Shown in pieces: positions 9,550-19,767 of a stretch of DNA of 64,000 nucleotides (position 1 is its first letter; the number at the start of each line of letters is the position of its first letter). The DNA is from an uncultured Candidatus Rokubacteria bacterium (GTDB lineage: Bacteria > Methylomirabilota > Methylomirabilia > Rokubacteriales > CSP1-6), in the NCBI GenBank assembly GCA_963758635.1, contig CAVWWD010000007.1, positions 224,001 to 288,000 on the forward strand. The letters run 5' to 3'. Below the pieces are notes generated by a model. That model saw nothing but the letters and a program-made list of their open reading frames with translations. It made no database searches and was not told the origin of the DNA. The translations under genes and the position numbers were made by a program.

Positions 9550-11016
9550 CTGTGTCACAAAAGTTAGGTCCGTCGGGGAAGCCCATGCCAGGGTCGAAGC
9601 ATGGCACCCAAGACCCGCGACCCTCGCGAGCAGCGGTTCGGCGCGTACGTGGCCCGGTTGGCGCAGGCACTGGGGCATCGGGATCGGCACGAGCCGTTGG
9701 GGGCCTACCTCACCGGGCTGTGCCTGCCTGGCGAGCGGAAGAGCATCGAGCCCATGGCCGCGCGAGTCGACCCGCGACACGTGCGGGCGCGGCACCAGTC
9801 GATGCATCACTTGGTCGCCAACGCCCCGTGGGAGGACCGCGCGATGCTCCGCATCGCGCGGGACGTGGTGCTGAGGGAGATGGACCGTCATGGCCCGGTG
9901 GCCGCGTGGCTTGTGGATGACACCGCGTTCCCCAAGAAGGGCCAGCACTCGGTGGGCGTGGCCCATCAGTATTGCGGCGCGTTGGGCAAGCAAGCGAACT
10001 GTCAGGTCGCCGTGACCGTCACGCTGGCGAACGAGGCGGTGAGTGTTCCGGCGGCCTATCAGTTGTACCTGCCGGAGAGCTGGACGCGCGACGGGAAGCG
10101 GCGGCGCGCCGCCAAGATTCCCAAGACAGTGAGCTTCCGTCCCAAATGGCAGATCGCGTTGCAGCAGATCCTCGCCCTGCACGCCGAGGGCGTGCCCCGG
10201 GCGCCCGTGGTGGCCGATGCGGGCTATGGGGTCGGCACCGAGTTCCGGGACGCGCTCACGGCGCGCGGGATTCCGTATCTGGTCGGCGTGCGCGAGGACA
10301 CGAAGGTATGGCCGCCCGGAGTGACCCCACGGCCGGCCCGGCGCCGCCGCTTCCGTGGCCGCCCGCCGCGCCGCCTGCAAGGCCCCACCCGCCAGCCTGC
10401 CGTCGGCCTGTCGACGCTCGTCGGGCGGCTGCCCCTCTCGACGTGGTCCAGGGTGACCTGGCGTGAAGGCACCCGGGGGAGCATGCGTTCGCGATTTGTC
10501 GCCCTGCGAATTCGGCCCGCGCATGATCGATCCCGAACCGAACCCCGCCCCGTCGAGTGGATCCTGGGCGAGTGGCCGTTGGGCGAGCCGACGCCGACAA
10601 AGTACTACCTCTCGACTCTGCCCGGGTCGACCCCGCTGGCCACCCTCGTCCGTCTGGCTCATCTGCGCTGGCGGATCGAGCGGGACTACCAAGAGCTCAA
10701 GGACGAATTCGGTCTCGATCATTTCGAAGGTCGCGGCTGGCGGGGGTTCCATCATCATGGGTCCTTATGCATCGCTGCCTATGCCTTCCTGGCGGCCGAG
10801 CGCGCCAGGCTTTCCCCCCCTGAGCCTCTGTCCTTCCTCCGAGCCGCTCGACTACCCCGAGGTTTCACGCCGCGGGGGACTCCCGGTGCGGCCTGAACGC
10901 CATGTCCCCACCTCTATCGCGACGCTGTACCGGCTCCATGGCCGCGCCCTCCTCGCCGACACCCCATGCCTCGCGTGTGGGAGCGAACCAAAAGTGGTCG
11001 GACTTTTGTGACACAG
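9550..11016 (+). mobile_element. IS701-family element
   Basis: Perfect 15-bp TIR ctgtgtcacaaaagt (9550-9564 / 11002-11016), flanked by TA within the palindromic target taacacTAgtgtta. Confidence 0.9.
9601..10896 (+). CDS. IS701-family transposase
   Basis: ERKSIEPMA, VDDTAFPKKGQHSVGV..QYCG..GK..NCQ, VADAGYG, RWRIERDYQELKDEFGLDHFEGRGW. Confidence 0.95.
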   Translation: MAPKTRDPREQRFGAYVARLAQALGHRDRHEPLGAYLTGLCLPGERKSIEPMAARVDPRHVRARHQSMHHLVANAPWEDRAMLRIARDVVLREMDRHGPVAAWLVDDTAFPKKGQHSVGVAHQYCGALGKQANCQVAVTVTLANEAVSVPAAYQLYLPESWTRDGKRRRAAKIPKTVSFRPKWQIALQQILALHAEGVPRAPVVADAGYGVGTEFRDALTARGIPYLVGVREDTKVWPPGVTPRPARRRRFRGRPPRRLQGPTRQPAVGLSTLVGRLPLSTWSRVTWREGTRGSMRSRFVALRIRPAHDRSRTEPRPVEWILGEWPLGEPTPTKYYLSTLPGSTPLATLVRLAHLRWRIERDYQELKDEFGLDHFEGRGWRGFHHHGSLCIAAYAFLAAERARLSPPEPLSFLRAARLPRGFTPRGTPGAA

Positions 11017-11057
11017 TAGTGTTATTATAGGCCATGGCATGCTCCGGGAGGGCATTC

Positions 11058-12119
11058 ATGGCGAACCACGTCCGCCCGATCGAGGTGAGCGCCGCCGATC
11101 ACGCGGAGTTGCTGCGCCTGCAACGAGCGTCGTCGACGCCGGCGGGCTTCAGTCGTCGGGTGCGGGCCGTAGTGCTGATGCTGCAAGGGCTGTCGCACGT
11201 GGAGATCGCCGAGCGGAGCGGCTACACCGTCGTGCAGGTGAGCCGCATTCGGCGCCGGTTTGCCGAGGGCGGGGTGGCCGGCTTGCGCGAGCGGCCCAAA
11301 TCGGGCCGGCCGGCCACGATCACCGCTCGCCAGCGGGCGCAGATTGTGGCGCTGACGTTGAAGCCGCCCGGTCCGGGGCTGACGCATTGGACCACGCGCG
11401 ACCTGGCCCGCAGCGCCGGGGTCTCGCACACCACCGTGCATCGGATCTGGCAGGCGCATGCGCTGCAGCCGCATCGGGTGACGACGTTCAAATTCACGAC
11501 CGATCCCGACGCCGAAGCCAAGATTCACGACGTGGTGGGGCTGTACCTCAATCCGCCGACCAACGCGGTCGTGTTGAGTCTGGACGAGAAGACCCAGATT
11601 CAAGCGCTGAGTCGGACCCAGCCGCTGCTGCCCCTGCGGCCCGGCCTGCCGGCGCGGCAGACCCACGACTACCGGCGCAACGGGCTGACCAGCTTGTATG
11701 CGGCCTTGGAAGTGGCCAGCGGCAAGGTCGTGGGCGAGTGCCGCGACCGGCACACGGGCGCCGACTTTCTGGCCTTTCTCAAACGGGTGAGCCGCGGCTA
11801 TCGGGGGCACGAGCTGCACGTCATCCTGGACAATTCCTCCACGCACACCACGCCCGCAGTGCAAGCGTGGCTGACCGCTCATCCGCGGGTGCACTTTCAT
11901 TTCACCCCGACGGGCGCCTCGTGGCTCAATCTGGTCGAAGCGTGGTTCAGCATCCTCACCCGCAAGTCGGTGCGCCGCGGGTCCTTCGACACGATTCGGG
12001 CGCTGATCCGCCACATCGAGCGCTACCTGGCGGAGTGGAACACTCACCCGACGCCCTTCGTGTGGACCAAGGATCCCGCCGCCATCATCAAGAAGGCCTT
12101 GCGGCGCCCACGTCGTTAA
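11058..12119 (+). CDS. IS630-family transposase
   Basis: N-terminal HTH; LDEKTQIQA, HDYRRNG, ILDNSSTH, TPTGASWLNLVEAWF DDE motifs; GGAGGG RBS. Confidence 0.95.
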   Translation: MANHVRPIEVSAADHAELLRLQRASSTPAGFSRRVRAVVLMLQGLSHVEIAERSGYTVVQVSRIRRRFAEGGVAGLRERPKSGRPATITARQRAQIVALTLKPPGPGLTHWTTRDLARSAGVSHTTVHRIWQAHALQPHRVTTFKFTTDPDAEAKIHDVVGLYLNPPTNAVVLSLDEKTQIQALSRTQPLLPLRPGLPARQTHDYRRNGLTSLYAALEVASGKVVGECRDRHTGADFLAFLKRVSRGYRGHELHVILDNSSTHTTPAVQAWLTAHPRVHFHFTPTGASWLNLVEAWFSILTRKSVRRGSFDTIRALIRHIERYLAEWNTHPTPFVWTKDPAAIIKKALRRPRR

Positions 12120-12146
12120 CATGACTTCCCGGACGGAACACTAGCC

Positions 12147-12250
12147 TAGGCCCAGACCAGAGCCACGGGACTTTGTCGTAAAGAACGGATTGAAGAGTAT
12201 TCCCGAGCGCAGCCGCGGCGATGAGGCTAAGGTGGCTGTTCACACTTCAA
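12147..12250 (-). pseudogene. Eroded histidine-kinase HATPase remnant
   Basis: Minus strand 12197-12147 reads LFNPFFTTKSRGSGLGL (F and G2 boxes), preceded by a stop and a frameshift. Confidence 0.65.
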
Positions 12251-13099
12251 CTCGCTGGACAAGACTGCCCGGGCAGAACGACACACCGTCACGTGGATTC
12301 GCCTAACGGGTTGTATGTTGTGGTGCCAACGGGGGCATGACGACAATGGCGGTTTTCGTGGGGCGCCGAGTCTTGATCCATGGTCCCTGTCGCATTCTTG
12401 AGTGCCAGTTTGGGGACGATCAACTCTAGGCGGCGGACGTAGCGGGCATCGTCAGCAAGTTCGCTCCGGAATTCAAGTCTTGAGAAGTAGGGCCCGGTTG
12501 AATCAGGGATTCACCTGACTTCTCGAGCGGGACGATTCGACGAGTAACGGGGGCAGTGATCGGACAGCATTCGGGACCAGCATCCTCGGAGCGCCATCTG
12601 GACACCGAGGACGCCGAGGCCTGTTCACTCCCGCCTGGAGCGGTCCTGCCTCCCACGGTCAGTCGACTCCTGACACCTCCGGGGATCCCCTTGACACGGC
12701 CGTTGTCCGCGCCGTACCTGGAGGGGGGGCGCGAGAGACCCTCCGACGCGGGGAGGAGAGCGACGAGTTCCGCCAATGGCCGTTTAGGTCTCCTTTGACT
12801 CGGTGCCGCGATGGGGGGACGCATGACGTGGAAGGTGTTCGAGTGTCCGCTATGTCACGAGGGCTTTTCGGGCTTGCTGACCCTCTAAGAGGCTTGCTGA
12901 ACGGACCATGTGGCGTCTCACGAAGCTCCCGGGTCATTCGTGATCGGTGACCCGAACGTTCGCGCGGCACCCGCGCTTTTCGATGCGCATGTCCCACGGG
13001 CTTCCCGACGCTGCCTCCCCCGCCTCAGAGATCGCCTCAGAGACACTCCCAGCCCGCGTCGCCAAGCTTGCTGCCAATAGGGCCGTGCGCTCGATCAGG

Positions 13100-13245
13100 T
13101 CGGGTGGCACGTCAGCCGCTCGGATGCGCCCAAGGATCTAATGAAAGAGACTCCCGGTCAAGGACTCTTTCAGCCGACTGGAGCACGAAGTACCACGCAT
13201 GTCGGATGAGGTGCCCGCCGATCTTGAACAACCGTTGCTGGCGAG
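13100..13245 (-). mobile_element. IS1380-family transposase C-terminal remnant
   Basis: QQRLFKIGGHLIRHAWYFVLQ..., with a stop and frameshifts; resembles IS1380 C-termini. Confidence 0.6.
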
Positions 13246-13299
13246 GTAGTCACCCTGAACGCCCCTCCGGCGGCGGTCGCCGCGTTCGGGAGCCCCGTC

Positions 13300-13560
13300 G
13301 GAGAAGCTGAGGAAGGTCAGCAGCTCTGGGCCCCGCCCTCCTGTAGAGCTCTTGATCACGCCGGGGCAGCGCTTGGCCCACCCGCGCTCGAAGCGGGTCC
13401 ACGCCGCCCGCGCCGGCCTCGGCGCTCGCGCCGTAGACGATCCGGTGGAAGTCCGCGCGCCAGCTCGGCCAGGACGTGCTTGGGCGCCTGGCACTCGAGG
13501 TTCCAGGAGCCTGTGCACGCAGCAGCGCTGGACGGCCGCCCCGGGGCCAGACCTCGCTAC
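13300..13560 (-). mobile_element. IS256-family transposase internal remnant
   Basis: VQRCCVH, ADFHRIVY, AAWTRFERGWAKRCPGVIKS and ELLTFLSF in shifting frames. Confidence 0.7.
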
Positions 13561-13919
13561 TGTCGATGAACATTCGGGGCTCTTCCGGGACATTGTGTGG
13601 GTGACCCCAAGGGGTAGCGATCTACGGTTCTGCGTGTCCGGGGCAGGCAAGACGGTCAGCCGTCGCGGCGGTCGCCGACGGCCCCGGGCCTCGTACTGAC
13701 GCGAGGGAAACCAGCGCGACGACACGCCCGCGAGTGCGACGGCGCCAAGCTACCGCCCCCGGATGATACCTTCAGCACGAGAGAAGACAGGCACTCGGGT
13801 CGGTGAGCCCGACCACAACCTGTAGGACCGACCCACACAGAAGCCGGAAGAGCCCCTAATTCAAAGCTTTGCAGATCGGTCGTGACGGTTGAGGTCAGGT
13901 AAAATAGCGACAGTCCCTG

Positions 13920-14714
13920 ATGGACTCGCGAGTTTCCCGCCGCCAGTTCCTCCTCCTCCCCCTCGCCCTTCTCGCCGCACCCCGCGCCGGGGCGGAGGCG
14001 GCGCGTCAAGAGGGCACGTACCGCGTGGATGTCGGTGTCCTGTATGGGCTTCTGTCGCTGTCCATGACCGGGGTGGTCGTCGCGGAGATCGATGCGGCGG
14101 CCCGACGGTACCGGGTGCGGATCGACGGGCAGGGGCCGGGGGCGGAGCTCCATACCGACACGTCGGGAATCATCCGCGACGGGCGATTCCTGCCCACGGA
14201 GTCGAAGGGGCGCCAGACGCTGCGTGGGCGGGAGAGCACCGCGTCCATCAGCTACCGGCACGATGCGGGCGTGGTCGAGTATCACTCGGTGGGCTACACG
14301 CTCCTGCTCGGACGTCGCCGGCAGGTGGACGACGTGGTCCGGATTCCGCCGGGGCAGCACGTGGACGACCTCGTGTCGGCTTATCTGAACTTCGCGGCGA
14401 ACAAGCTGGAGACCGACGCGGACGGGAGCTATCAGACCCTGATCGTGCGGCGGGCCTGGAAGGACGACGAGGGGCCGGACGACGTCTCCGCGGCGGGCTA
14501 CCGCGCTCAGTTGACGCCGTTGCGCTTCCGGGTGACTCCGGATGCGCAGACCGGGCGCCTCAGCGGCGAGCTCGACATGAAGGGGCTCTCGTCCTGGGCG
14601 CTCGCGGGTCAGCCCGCGCGGATGACCTTCGACTCCAGCCGGCACCTCGAGTCCGTGCACACCTCGCTCATCCTCGGCACCACCGTCGCGGTCAGGCTCA
14701 ACCTCGGGGCCTGA
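13920..14714 (+). CDS. Tat-exported hypothetical protein (beta-rich, DUF3108-like)
   Basis: SRRQFL twin-arginine signal, hydrophobic core, AxA site; coding-like codon usage. Confidence 0.75.
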   Translation: MDSRVSRRQFLLLPLALLAAPRAGAEAARQEGTYRVDVGVLYGLLSLSMTGVVVAEIDAAARRYRVRIDGQGPGAELHTDTSGIIRDGRFLPTESKGRQTLRGRESTASISYRHDAGVVEYHSVGYTLLLGRRRQVDDVVRIPPGQHVDDLVSAYLNFAANKLETDADGSYQTLIVRRAWKDDEGPDDVSAAGYRAQLTPLRFRVTPDAQTGRLSGELDMKGLSSWALAGQPARMTFDSSRHLESVHTSLILGTTVAVRLNLGA

Positions 14715-14760
14715 CCGGGCGTCGAGGACACCACAGGGCGTCCAGGGTCACCTACACGCG

Positions 14761-15726
14761 ATGAGCCACGACCTCGTTGGCCTGGGCGAGGTGATGCTGC
14801 GACTCGCCGCGCTGCCGCCGACGAGACTCGAGCAATCCACCGCCCTCAACGTCCAGATCGGCGGCTCGGAGGCCAACGTGGCCGCCGCGTGCGCGAGGCT
14901 GGGGCTGCGCACGGCCGTGCTCTCGGCGGTCCCCGGGGATCACGTCTGGGGCGACCGGATCGTGCGGGAGCTCTCCGGGCACGGCGTCGACACGCGTGGC
15001 GTTCTCCGGCCGCTCGGGGCCCGCCTCGGCCTGTACTTCCTCGAGTACGGACGGGCCCCGCGCCCGGTCCGGGTGATCTACGACCGTCGCGATTCCGCCT
15101 TCAGCCGGCTCGGTCCAGACGATCTCGACTGGTCTCTCGTCAGGGCGTCGCGCTGCTTTCACGTGTCGGGAGTGACGGCGGCGCTGGGAGAGAACCTGCG
15201 CGCGGTGACCCGGCGCGGCGTGCAGGAGGCCCAGGCCGCGGCCGTCCCCGTTTCCCTCGACGTGAACTACCGCTCGCGCCTGTGGACGCCGAAGGAGGCC
15301 CGGGACTTCTTCGCCGGCGTGCTGCCTGCGGCGCGCTACCTCTTCGTGGGCAGCGACGACGCGCGCACGGTGTTCCAGCTCGACGGCGAGCCCGAGCGGG
15401 TGCTCGCCGACCTCGCGCGTCTCGCCCCTGCCGCTACCATCTCGCTGACCCTCGGAGAGGCCGGCGCGGCCGTCCTCGCCGACGGGCGCGTCTGGCGACC
15501 CTCGCGGCTCTACACCGTCTCCATCGTGGACCTGGTTGGCGCCGGCGATGCCTACGCCGCGGGTTTCCTGTGGGCGGCGCTCGGTGGCCGGCCCGTGCAG
15601 GAATCGGTCGACGTCGGCACCGCGCTCGCCGCCCTCAAGTGCACGATCTGGGGAGACGTGGCCCTGGTGACGCGCGCCGAGCTGGAGGAGCTGCTCGCCT
15701 CCGACCGTCAAGACATCCGCCGCTGA
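14761..15726 (+). CDS. PfkB-family sugar kinase (2-keto-3-deoxygluconate kinase-like)
   Basis: GEVMLRL, GGSEANVA, YDRRDSA, DVNYRSRLW, DLVGAGDAYAAG. Confidence 0.9.
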   Translation: MSHDLVGLGEVMLRLAALPPTRLEQSTALNVQIGGSEANVAAACARLGLRTAVLSAVPGDHVWGDRIVRELSGHGVDTRGVLRPLGARLGLYFLEYGRAPRPVRVIYDRRDSAFSRLGPDDLDWSLVRASRCFHVSGVTAALGENLRAVTRRGVQEAQAAAVPVSLDVNYRSRLWTPKEARDFFAGVLPAARYLFVGSDDARTVFQLDGEPERVLADLARLAPAATISLTLGEAGAAVLADGRVWRPSRLYTVSIVDLVGAGDAYAAGFLWAALGGRPVQESVDVGTALAALKCTIWGDVALVTRAELEELLASDRQDIRR

Positions 15727-15835
15727 GGCCCGGGATCTCGACCGCCGAGGCCCGGGACCACCACCGCGCCGGGTTCGCACCACCGCGGAGGTCCGCGGCG
15801 GCCACGGGAACACAAGCAGTGGTATAGTTCGTGTC

Positions 15836-18754
15836 GTGGAGCCTACCCGTGGTGTCGAACGGATCCTCGAGGGCCTCGACGCCGCCCAGGTCGCCGCCGT
15901 CATCCACACCACCGGTCCCCTGCTGATCATCGCGGGCGCGGGGACGGGGAAGACCACCGTCATCACCCGGCGCATCGCGCACCTCATCGCCAGCCGCCGG
16001 GCCCGTCCCTCCGAGATCCTCGCCCTGACCTTCACCGACAAGGCCGCCGCGGGGATGGAAGAGCGCGTCGACACGCTCGTGCCGTACGGCTACGCGGACG
16101 TGCAGATCTCCACCTTTCACGCCTTCGGCGACGCGCTCATCCGGGAGAACGCGCTCGAGATCGGCCTCACGCCGGACTTCCGCGTCCTCACGCGGGCGGA
16201 GCAGGTCATCTTCCTCCGCGACCACCTCTTCGACCTCCCGCTTCGCCACTACCGGCCGCTCGCCGATCCCACCCGGCACCTGCACGCGATCATCAGCCTG
16301 ATCAGCCGCCTCAAGGACGAGGACGTGGGCCCGGACGAATATCTCGCGCACGCCGAGCGCCTTCTCGCGGAGGCGGCGGGCGACGAGGACCGCGTGCAGG
16401 CCGAGCAGCACGTGGAGCTGGCCCGGACCTACGCGCAGTACCAGCGCCTGATGGCCCAGCTGGGGCAGGTGGACTTCGGCGATCAGATCGTGGAGACGCT
16501 GCGTCTCCTGCGGACACGCCCTCACGTGCTCCGGCGCTACCAGCAGCGCTTCAAGTACATCCTCGTCGACGAGTTCCAGGACACCAACTACGCGCAGTTC
16601 GAGGTCGTCAAGCTGCTCGCGGCCCGGCACCGGAGCCTCGCCGTGGTGGGCGACGACGACCAGGCCATCTTCCGTTTCCGCGGCGCGTCGATGAGCAACA
16701 TCCTGGACTTCGACCGCACGTACCCGGACGCCGCGAAGGTGGTGCTGCGCGAGAACCGCCGGTCGCCTCAGGCCGTGCTCGACGCGGCGTACCGGCTCAT
16801 CCGGTACAACGACCCCGACCGGCTGGAGATCGCCCAGAAGATCGACAAGCGCCTGATCGCCCGCGAGCCCGACGGGCGTCCCCGCGTCGGCTGGCCGCCC
16901 GAGCACCGGGCGTTCGACACCATCTCCTCGGAGTCGGACTGGGTGGCGGCCCGCATCGCCGACGAGCGCGCCGCCGGCCGGCCGTACAAGGACATCGCGA
17001 TCCTCGTGCGGGCCAACCAGGACGCGGATCCGTTCCTGCGCGCGCTCAACCTGCGCGGGATCCCGTGGACGTTCTCGGGCAACGCCGGGCTGTACGGCCG
17101 GCCCGAGGTGCGGCTGCTCATCGCCTTCCTGCGCGCGGTGGCCCATCCGGACGACTCCGTGAGCCTCCACTACCTGGCGTCGTCGGCCGTCTACCAGGTG
17201 CCGATCGTGGACCTCACCAAGTGCGCGACCTACGCCGACCGGCGCCACCGGTGGCTGTTCGACGTGCTGCGCGCGGTGCCCGCGGAGGTCGAGCTCGGCG
17301 AGGAGGGGCGCGAGACCATCGGCCGTCTCGTCGCCGACCTCGAGCGCTACATGGAGCTGGCCCGCGAGACCCCGACCGGCGAGCTCCTGTACCAGTTCCT
17401 CGTCGACTCCGGCCTCATGACCCGGTACGCGAAGGCGCCCGCGGAGCTGGAGCAGGAGGTGCAGAACGTCAGCAAGTTCTTCAACCGGGTCCGCGACACC
17501 TCGCGCGTGCTCAAGTACGACAACGTGCGCGAGTTCGTGATCCATCTGGACGCGCTGATCGACGCCGGCGACGACCCCGCGGTGGCCGAGGCCGAGGCCG
17601 ACACGCCGGCCGTCCACGTCCTCACCGTGCACAAGGCCAAGGGGCTCGAGTGGCCCGTGGTCTTCATCGTCAACTGCGTGCAGAACAAGTTTCCGTCCAC
17701 GCGCCGGTCCGAGCCGATCGAGATGCCGGCCGGGCTGATCAAGGACGCGCTGCCCGGCGGTGACTTTCACGAGCAGGAGGAGCGCCGGCTCTTCTACGTC
17801 GCCATGACGCGGCCGCGCGAGACGCTCATCCTCACCAGCGCGGAGGACATGGGAGGGCGGCGGAAGTGGAAGGTGAGCCAGTTCGTCCTCGAGGCGCTCG
17901 ACCTGCCGAAGGACGCCGCGCGTCCGTTCCGGGCCAGCGCGCTCGAGGAGCTCCAGCGCCACGCGCCCGCCGCGGACGCCGCGGCCTCGGACGCGCCGGC
18001 CCTGGCCCCGGATGCCGAGCTCACGGTCAGCCATCGCCAGATCGACGACTACGAGACGTGTCCGCTCAAGTACCAGTACATCCACGTCAAGCGGATCCCG
18101 CTGCGGCAGCATCACGCCGTGGTCTACGGCAGCGCGCTGCACGCCGCGGTCGAGTTCTATCTGCGCCGCCGGGCCGCCGGCGCCTTCACGCCCCTCGAGG
18201 ACTTCCTGCGCGCCTACGACGACGCCTGGCGCAACGAGGGCTTCCTCACGCGCGAGCACGAGGAGCAGCGCAAGCGCGCGGGCGTGGACGCCTTGACGCG
18301 CTTCTACCACGAGGAGGAGGCGGCGGGGGACAAGCCGGGCGCGGTGGAGCGCGAGTTCAGCTTCGCGCTGGGCCCGACGCGGGTGCGCGGCCGCTTCGAT
18401 CGGGTGGACGAGCGCCCGGAGGGCACGGTCGTGATCGACTACAAGTCGAGCGACGTGACCGAGCAGAAGGCGGCGGACAAGCGCGCGCGCGAGAGCCTCC
18501 AGCTCAAGGTGTATGCCCTGGCCGTCGAGGCGGCCACCGGGCGCCTCCCCGCGCGCGTCGAGCTGCGGTTCCTGGAGTCCGGCCTCAGCGGCCGGTATCG
18601 CCCCGTGGCCGCGGACCTGCTCGAGGCGCGCGAGGCGATCCTGGCCGCGGCCGCGGGCATCCGGGCCCGACGCTTCGAGGCGACGCCCAGCTACCAGGTC
18701 TGCCGCTACTGCCCGTACAACCAGATCTGCCCGAGCACCGCCACGCGCGAGTGA
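15836..18754 (+). CDS. UvrD/PcrA-like helicase fused to a PD-(D/E)xK nuclease with Fe-S cysteines (AdnAB/AddAB-like)
   Basis: AGAGTGKT, VDEFQD, TVHKAKGLEW, EERRLFYVAMTR; GRFDRVD..IDYK..QLKVY; ETCP plus CRYCPYNQIC. Confidence 0.92.
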   Translation: MEPTRGVERILEGLDAAQVAAVIHTTGPLLIIAGAGTGKTTVITRRIAHLIASRRARPSEILALTFTDKAAAGMEERVDTLVPYGYADVQISTFHAFGDALIRENALEIGLTPDFRVLTRAEQVIFLRDHLFDLPLRHYRPLADPTRHLHAIISLISRLKDEDVGPDEYLAHAERLLAEAAGDEDRVQAEQHVELARTYAQYQRLMAQLGQVDFGDQIVETLRLLRTRPHVLRRYQQRFKYILVDEFQDTNYAQFEVVKLLAARHRSLAVVGDDDQAIFRFRGASMSNILDFDRTYPDAAKVVLRENRRSPQAVLDAAYRLIRYNDPDRLEIAQKIDKRLIAREPDGRPRVGWPPEHRAFDTISSESDWVAARIADERAAGRPYKDIAILVRANQDADPFLRALNLRGIPWTFSGNAGLYGRPEVRLLIAFLRAVAHPDDSVSLHYLASSAVYQVPIVDLTKCATYADRRHRWLFDVLRAVPAEVELGEEGRETIGRLVADLERYMELARETPTGELLYQFLVDSGLMTRYAKAPAELEQEVQNVSKFFNRVRDTSRVLKYDNVREFVIHLDALIDAGDDPAVAEAEADTPAVHVLTVHKAKGLEWPVVFIVNCVQNKFPSTRRSEPIEMPAGLIKDALPGGDFHEQEERRLFYVAMTRPRETLILTSAEDMGGRRKWKVSQFVLEALDLPKDAARPFRASALEELQRHAPAADAAASDAPALAPDAELTVSHRQIDDYETCPLKYQYIHVKRIPLRQHHAVVYGSALHAAVEFYLRRRAAGAFTPLEDFLRAYDDAWRNEGFLTREHEEQRKRAGVDALTRFYHEEEAAGDKPGAVEREFSFALGPTRVRGRFDRVDERPEGTVVIDYKSSDVTEQKAADKRARESLQLKVYALAVEAATGRLPARVELRFLESGLSGRYRPVAADLLEAREAILAAAAGIRARRFEATPSYQVCRYCPYNQICPSTATRE

Positions 18755-18902
18755 CGCGCCCGGGGATCGCCGCTCCGGGAGCGATGTAGTACGCTCCCGT
18801 CCAGGGGCCGCCGATCCCGGCGGCGCTCTCCGGGAGCCCGGCGCCCCGATTCTCACCGTTCCCGTTCGTGCGGCGCCCCGAACGGCGTCGAGCGGAGGCA
18901 CC

Positions 18903-19703
18903 ATGAAGGTCAAGGCCAACGGCATCGAGATCAACTACGAGATCGAGGGCGAGGGGCCGGTCGTCACGTTCAGCCACTCGCTCGCGTGCAACCTGTCCAT
19001 GTGGGACGAGGAGGCGCGCCGGCTGCGTGACCGGTTCCGGGTGCTCCGATACGACACGCGCGGGCACGGCGGCACCAGCGCCCCGTCGGGCGCCTACACG
19101 CTCGATCAGCTCGCCGACGATGCCAGCGCGCTGCTCGACGCGCTCGGGATCGCGCAGACGCACTGGGTCGGCCTCTCCATGGGCGGCATGATCGGTCAGG
19201 TCCTCACGCTCAAGCACCCCGAGAAGATCCTGAGCCTCGTGCTCTGCGACACGACCAGCCGCTACCCGGCCGCGGCGGCCCAGGTGTGGGCCGACCGGAT
19301 CCGCACCGTGGAGGCGCAGGGCATGGAGCCGATGGTGGAGCCCACCCTCGGCCGCTGGCTCACCGCGCCCTTCCGCGCGCGGCGCAAGGACGTGACCGCG
19401 CGGGTCGCGGGCTGGATCCGCAGCACGCCGCCCCAGGGGTACGTGGGCTGCTGCCACGCGCTGCCGAAGATCAACGTGACCGATCGGCTGTCCACCGTGA
19501 CGTGCCCCGCGCTCGTCCTGGTGGGCGACGAGGACCAGGGCACGCCGGTCGACATGCATCGTGACATCCACGCGGCGCTGCCCACGGCGGAGCTGACCAT
19601 CCTGCGCCAGGCCGCCCACATCTCGAACCTGGAGCAGCCCGAGGAGTTCAACCGGACCGTCGGCGCGTTCCTCGACAAGGCGGCGGGGCGGAAGAGCCTC
19701 TAG
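18903..19703 (+). CDS. pcaD: 3-oxoadipate enol-lactonase
   Basis: SHSLACNLSMWD, YDTRGHG, GLSMGG, AAHISNLEQP; GGAGG RBS. Confidence 0.8.
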   Translation: MKVKANGIEINYEIEGEGPVVTFSHSLACNLSMWDEEARRLRDRFRVLRYDTRGHGGTSAPSGAYTLDQLADDASALLDALGIAQTHWVGLSMGGMIGQVLTLKHPEKILSLVLCDTTSRYPAAAAQVWADRIRTVEAQGMEPMVEPTLGRWLTAPFRARRKDVTARVAGWIRSTPPQGYVGCCHALPKINVTDRLSTVTCPALVLVGDEDQGTPVDMHRDIHAALPTAELTILRQAAHISNLEQPEEFNRTVGAFLDKAAGRKSL

Positions 19704-19767
19704 CAGCCGATGCGGGCGGAGAGACGCCGCCGCGCGCGGCGGCGGCGTCACGCAGAGGCGCACGGGT

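Larger units (their letters stand above)
9517..12143 (+). mobile_element. IS630-family element (carries a nested IS701)
   Basis: Imperfect ~30-bp TIRs ctagtgtt...gttaac at 9516-9545 and 12115-12144; TA at both ends; transposase at 11058-12119. Confidence 0.85.

Noticed and set aside
9542..11024. 23-bp perfect TIR as the IS701 boundary
   Set aside because: The outer 8 bp come from the palindromic target and the duplicated TA, so the TIR is taken as 15 bp
9481..12243. 45-aa peptide ORF (MNSHLSLIAAAALG...) reconstructed across the IS630 site, as a possible signal peptide for the 7TM kinase
   Set aside because: The same bases are better explained as the HATPase remnant in another frame, and there is no RBS
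15635..18934. Long antisense ORFs (1099 aa here; also 4004-6649, 60619-63213 and others)
   Set aside because: Shadow frames of real genes in high-GC DNA, with no motifs
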